Shown: positions 7,801-10,657 of the stretch, one piece after another | Layout: every line of letters starts with the position of its first letter | Numbering within the stretch: position 1 is the first letter of the stretch | Notes under the pieces: model-generated | Databases searched by the model: none | Told to the model about the DNA's origin: nothing | What the model saw: only the letters and a program-made list of their open reading frames with translations | Made by a program: the position numbers and the translations under genes | Source: Amoebophrya sp. A120 | Lineage: Eukaryota; Protista; Dinoflagellata | Assembly (NCBI GenBank): GCA_905178155.1 | Contig: CAJINV010000004.1 | Span: 1,780,299-1,790,955, forward strand | Length of the DNA stretch: 10,657 nucleotides | Direction: 5' to 3'

Positions 7801-10197
7801 CCCAAGTGGCCGCCATACCGTGCGGCATAACGTTACTCACGGCGGTATGGCGAGCCCAGAAAAAACAAAGGCGCGGCCAAGGCGGCGGTCGGCAAAAAAA
7901 CGCCCACGACCTCACTACCCCCGCCCCGGCGGCTATATTTGGTAGATCATGAAGAATTCGAATTTGTCATGCGTCATGAATCCCAACCCCAAGAGATCAT
8001 GCATCATGAATCCCAAGTTTATTCTGTGATGCCAGAAATAAACACGACGGACATTACACGCGAAAGATCAAAACTCTTTTGCAGATCTACATTGACGCCA
8101 TCAAGCGGCTGATCGGCGAGGTCCGATTGTCCAAGTCCGAGGGCATTGAGGAGTCTCGGGACCATATCGCGAGAAGATGAAGTGTTACACTTACACATTG
8201 TGTTGCAGACCAGGCAAGACAGACATGGTCTGTCATGCCAGATATGCACACGAGCCTTTTTTCATATGTGTTTTCCCTTATGATCTCTGCATTGCAGCAT
8301 GTTTCCTATGTCATGCAGAGCCAATTTATGTTGCTGATACTGATTGATGCCAAACAAATGTGTAAGAACTGCAACACTTTTTTCTTTGGATAGACCAGAA
8401 GGCGATCGCGCGGTACCACTTTGTCCGTGGCTACCTCCACGATTTGATGGACATTATTCAGGACGAGTGGGACGAGGTGGACGCTTTTCGCGAGGAAATC
8501 CCGGATCAGCGGCACGAGCAAGTCATCGGGACGGCAGACGACGACGGACCGACGGGCATGCTGAGCCCGAACGTCGGAAGCCTGAGCGCCATGGACCCGG
8601 AAATGATGAAGCAAAACATCAATCTGCCCACCGGGTTTTCGAGTACATAACGATCTCCTTTTGAAAGTTGGAGATGCGGTAGGTAGTACAACCGATGAGC
8701 TAGAGGTTTCACTTGGGGTGAAAGTGATAATGTTCTGGTACAAAAACAAAAGCTAAATAGTATCACAATCGCCCAAGAAAAAATTGAAATTCCAATTCGC
8801 ACAGGTATCGAGCTGTTTCCCCACGACCCCGAGGCCGCCCGCGGAGACAACTTCACCCGAAAACTGGATGACTTTGGGCACAAAACCAAGATGACCGGCG
8901 CGGACCCGTCCAGTTTGGTAGAGAAGCCGGATTTATGCATTGCAAATATGTCTGGGTCTGGAAGAATGCGAGATTTGTCATGCTTGTCTGGCATGACACT
9001 GAGCCGTGTATTGCGTGGCCAGCAAGAGCTCCTCTTGTCTGTCATGCAAGAACGCTGATTGTAATGCGGAATACGCAACACGGAGCCACGAAAAAATCTG
9101 TCATGCTTGGCGGTGCATTACAGCGTGGCTTCTATTCACTGACATGCATCACAGGTTTGCAGACCCAGACATATTTGCACTGGATAGGATTTCACCTCGA
9201 CGCTGAACATCATGACAGAGCTGGAGAACGAGGAGGCACTGAAGACCGGGAAGTCCTATTCACAAATGCAAATGGAGGCGGGCCAGCAGCTGGGAAGTAT
9301 CTTGCCTTTATTTTTTGCTGGTGTCCTCACGAGCACGACGCGCGATGTGAACAATTATGGTGAACAAAGTTTTTCATTCCTCATATTCGGAACCAGCACT
9401 CTACTCTGTCTCTGATGAAAAACAGTTTGAAGCCGAAACACCGCCTACTTCAGGTTTCGAGACCCTAAAGTCCGCCCTCCCGCTCGACGCCGCCCAAGTG
9501 GCCGAGGACATCACGCACATTGACGCGGGCTCGAAAAAAGCCATCGAAGCGCAAACCACCAACCTGGCGCTCCAGGAAGGCCAGGCGGCCGAGGGGAACA
9601 ACGAACGGATTTTGGCGCAGTTGACCCTCCACGATCTCGCCATGGACGATGTGCAGCGGTTCTCGGAGCCGGTGCTTGCCACAAAGTTTTCCCGCGCCCT
9701 GGCGGCGGCGTGTGACATCGACCCGAGCCGGATCCGCGTGTTGGGTTTCCGCCCCGGGAGCATCAAAATCATCTTCGAAATTCTGCCCAGCACCGACTCG
9801 CTGGCGGACGACCGCAGGGCCAAGGTGCAACACGCACTGCTGGTGCAGGAATCTGAAAAGAAACGAAAACCCATGCCGGAGGATGACACGTAGAAGTTAC
9901 AGTTGATTTATTGTTGATAGAAGGCAATGAATTTCAATTCTGCATGTGTTTCAGTGCCTGCTTAGAGTTGGGCATTCATGAAATGTAAAGTTTTCTACTA
10001 ATGATTATATTCTTGCATGAGCATGCGTTGGTTTTTGCAATTAAGTACTAGAAAAATGAATTTACGTCTCACAGGGAGCTGAAAGTTCAGGGGCCTCCAT
10101 CGGGCACGTGCTACAACTCGCTCTTGGATACCGTGAGCCGCCAGCACAGCAGCTTCCGGCGGGATCCGAATGTCGAGCCGTTTGTCTCCATGACGCG
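4871..10197 (+). CDS. Large multi-exon hypothetical protein (>820 aa, both ends incomplete). Exons: 4871-4901 (tentative), 5048-5510, 5654-5900, 6062-6213, 6471-6755, 6908-7092, 7172-7208, 8085-8160, 8394-8633, 8805-8929, 9188-9293, 9454-9889, 10075-~10197
   Basis: The GC3-rich exon blocks join into one stop-free frame with consistent phases: FTEK|IEFE, RAID|TVVK, IRE|IKKE, SQS|IDEL, LCS|PLED, LLD|IYID, SRD|QKAI, PTG|IELF, EKP|DFTS, QLG|FETL, DDT|ELKV. The first in-frame ATG seen is at 5151, but the frame is open upstream to an AG at 5047. No family confidently recognised. Confidence 0.8.
4902..5047 (+). other. Probable canonical GT-AG intron (146 nt)
   Basis: AC|GTAAGT...TAAAG|A, a phase-2 join giving GTEKPTTRPDTP. 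Confidence 0.55.
5511..5653 (+). other. GA-AG intron (143 nt) with GAGAAG repeated at both junctions
   Basis: GAGAAG at 5505-5510 and 5648-5653. Removal fuses ORFs 5136-5531 and 5636-5941 in frame. No TIR seen. Confidence 0.75.
5905..6060. mobile_element. Introner family B copy 1: 156-bp non-autonomous TIR element acting as intron 5901-6061 (AC-AG)
   Basis: 5-bp direct repeat GACAC at 5900-5904 and 6061-6065. 24-bp TIR TATGCATTGCAAAAGCATCGTACT matches the other end at 21/24. A homolog starts at 10201. Confidence 0.88.
6218..6469. mobile_element. Introner family A copy 1: 252-bp TIR element acting as intron 6214-6470 (AT-AG)
   Basis: Direct repeat GATCA at 6213-6217 and 6470-6474. 30-bp TIR matches at 25/30 (core ATGTCTGGGTCTGGAA). 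Colinear with 8934-9186. Confidence 0.92.
6756..6907 (+). other. Intron (152 nt, AT-AG; alternatively GT-AG 6759-6907), possibly a decayed introner
   Basis: 5-bp repeat GATCG at 6755-6759 and 6907-6911, followed by TAT on the left. No TIR remains. Both donors are in frame. Confidence 0.75.
7093..7171 (+). other. Probable non-canonical intron (79 nt, TC-AG)
   Basis: TGCAG|TCCC...CTGTAG|CCCT gives LCSPLEDGNVIHLLD, in phase with the downstream exons. Confidence 0.5.
7219..7915. mobile_element. ~697-bp MITE-like non-coding element with short TIRs and apparent TA target duplication
   Basis: TA|GTGAGGTC...GACCTCAC|TA, plus an inner inverted block GTTTTTTTGCC / GGCAAAAAAAC. Composition differs sharply from the flanks (GC blocks alternating with A/T tracts). 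Confidence 0.7.
7967..8016. repeat. 20-bp direct repeat TCATGCRTCATGAATCCCAA x2 (period 30)
   Basis: 7967-7986 and 7997-8016, one mismatch. Confidence 0.85.
8165..8392. mobile_element. Introner family C: 228-bp degenerate TIR element acting as intron 8161-8393 (AC-AG)
   Basis: Direct repeat GACCA at 8160-8164 and 8393-8397, with termini TATC...GATA. An imperfect ~45-bp TIR shares the blocks AAGTGTT and CTTACACATT. Confidence 0.8.
8634..8804 (+). other. Non-canonical intron (171 nt, GG-AG or GT-GG)
   Basis: ACC G|GGTTTT...ACAG|GT ATC keeps the frame. The nearest GT-AG pair (8635-8804) causes a frameshift. Confidence 0.65.
8934..9186. mobile_element. Introner family A copy 2: 253-bp TIR element acting as intron 8930-9187 (GA-AG)
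   Basis: Direct repeat GGATT at 8929-8933 and 9187-9191. 30-bp TIR TATGCATTGCAAATATGTCTGGGTCTGGAA matches at 27/30. Colinear with 6218-6469. Confidence 0.93.
9294..9453 (+). other. GA-AG intron (160 nt)
   Basis: CTG G|GAAGTA...CTTCAG|GT TTC, a phase-1 join giving QQLGFETL. Confidence 0.65.
9890..10074 (+). other. Canonical GT-AG intron (185 nt)
   Basis: AC|GTAGAA...CTCACAG|G GAG removes the TAG at 9891-9893 and extends the ORF into a GC-rich exon. Confidence 0.7.
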
Positions 10198-10200
10198 ACT

Positions 10201-10278
10201 TATGCATTGCAAAAGTATCGTACTAGTATAAATCGCATACACAAATTTCCTCAGCATGAGAAATGGAACTTGTCATGG
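10201..10278. mobile_element. Introner family B copy 2, left portion, interrupted by an insertion
   Basis: TATGCATTGCAAAAGTATCGTACTAG...ACAAATTTCCTCAGCAT aligns with 5905-~5988. The similarity stops at about 10278. Confidence 0.85.
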
Positions 10279-10649
10279 TGTTAGTGGACTTGAGAACACT
10301 CGCACACACTTGCACACGTTTGCTCCACTGAGCTCGTTAGCAATAGCAGTTCAATGAATTCTCTCAATTGCAAGTAAGCAAGCAAGTGGCGCAAGTCTCT
10401 TGCTGCGTTACATCCTGTAGGTTCAAATCATCCAAATTCATCAGATTCATATGGACCAATCGGGTCAGAGTCAAGTGGCAAAACAGCATGGGAGTCCATC
10501 CCTCAAGGCTGTCGGCATAATGCTCAACCCTGGCGGGAGTCAAGTCCCCCAGGGCGACCATTCTGAACGTCTGGACCGAGCTGAGTCCATTCATTTCACT
10601 ACGATCCTGATGGCTTTGCCTTCGTAGTATTTGGGGGATTCGCGGAACA
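10279..10649 (+). mobile_element. Probable LTR (371 bp) of a retrotransposon inserted in the introner, with candidate PBS at 10650-10657
   Basis: Begins with TGTT where introner similarity ends, ends with AACA, and is directly followed by TGGTGAAG (TGG is complementary to tRNA CCA). No second LTR or gag/pol is visible in the window. Confidence 0.55.
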
Positions 10650-10657
10650 TGGTGAAG

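Larger units (their letters stand above)
7209..8084 (+). other. GT-AG intron (876 nt) enlarged by a nested insertion
   Basis: GAT|GTAGTA (or the in-frame GTATGT at 7212) ...TTTTGCAG|ATC TAC. Confidence 0.7.

Noticed and set aside
7216-7918. CACTA/EnSpm element
   Set aside because: TAGTG is on the left and CACTA on the right, the reverse of CACTA termini, and there is no 3-bp TSD. A TA duplication explains it better.
7332-7952. ORFs within the GC-rich insertion
   Set aside because: They are overlapping, compositionally biased ORFs on both strands with no transposase or other recognisable motif.
8935-9363. Similar short ORFs at 8935-9363 and ~6230-6470 (e.g. FVMLVWH, FPDPDMFA/FADPDIFA) as a paralogous peptide family
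   Set aside because: They are translations of the non-coding family A element and its TIRs, and the frames are not conserved between copies.
2399-9889. Minus-strand ORFs opposite exons (e.g. 2639-2950, 5500-5922, 8506-9081, 9401-9889)
   Set aside because: These are antisense shadows of GC3-rich exons with no independent support.
5136-9893. Prokaryotic operon of small ORFs, or a frameshifted pseudogene
   Set aside because: There are no RBS-led gene starts, and every interruption is an intron-sized block ending in AG whose removal restores one continuous frame.
10364-10657. Minus-strand ORF 10364-10594 and a short frame FTMFRESPKYYEGKAIRIVVK*
   Set aside because: No RT, RNase H or integrase motifs, and both lie within the candidate LTR. 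Too short to support.

Overview
This is eukaryotic, intron-rich protist DNA. The architecture best fits a syndinian dinoflagellate such as Amoebophrya; this is an inference from non-canonical introns with terminal inverted and direct repeats and from all genes lying on one strand. Three + strand genes can be reconstructed: (1) the probable 3' exons of a low-complexity gene (~250-990); (2) a two-exon SET-domain protein (2190-4267); (3) one large gene (~4871 to beyond 10200, at least 12 exons, >820 aa) that the ORF track breaks into fragments. The large gene stays in frame only if most introns have non-GT donors. Four of its introns are complete TIR elements (introners) with the layout G-N4 | TAT...TIR...ATA | G-N4, so the element's last A plus the first G of a 5-bp target duplication creates the AG acceptor and splicing removes the element scarlessly. 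Two element families each occur twice in this gene. One intron holds a ~700-bp TA-flanked MITE-like element, and the last introner is interrupted by a probable LTR (TGTT...AACA followed by TGG). The window starts with a 21-bp minisatellite and a 62-bp palindrome. All gene models were built by hand, without transcript evidence.
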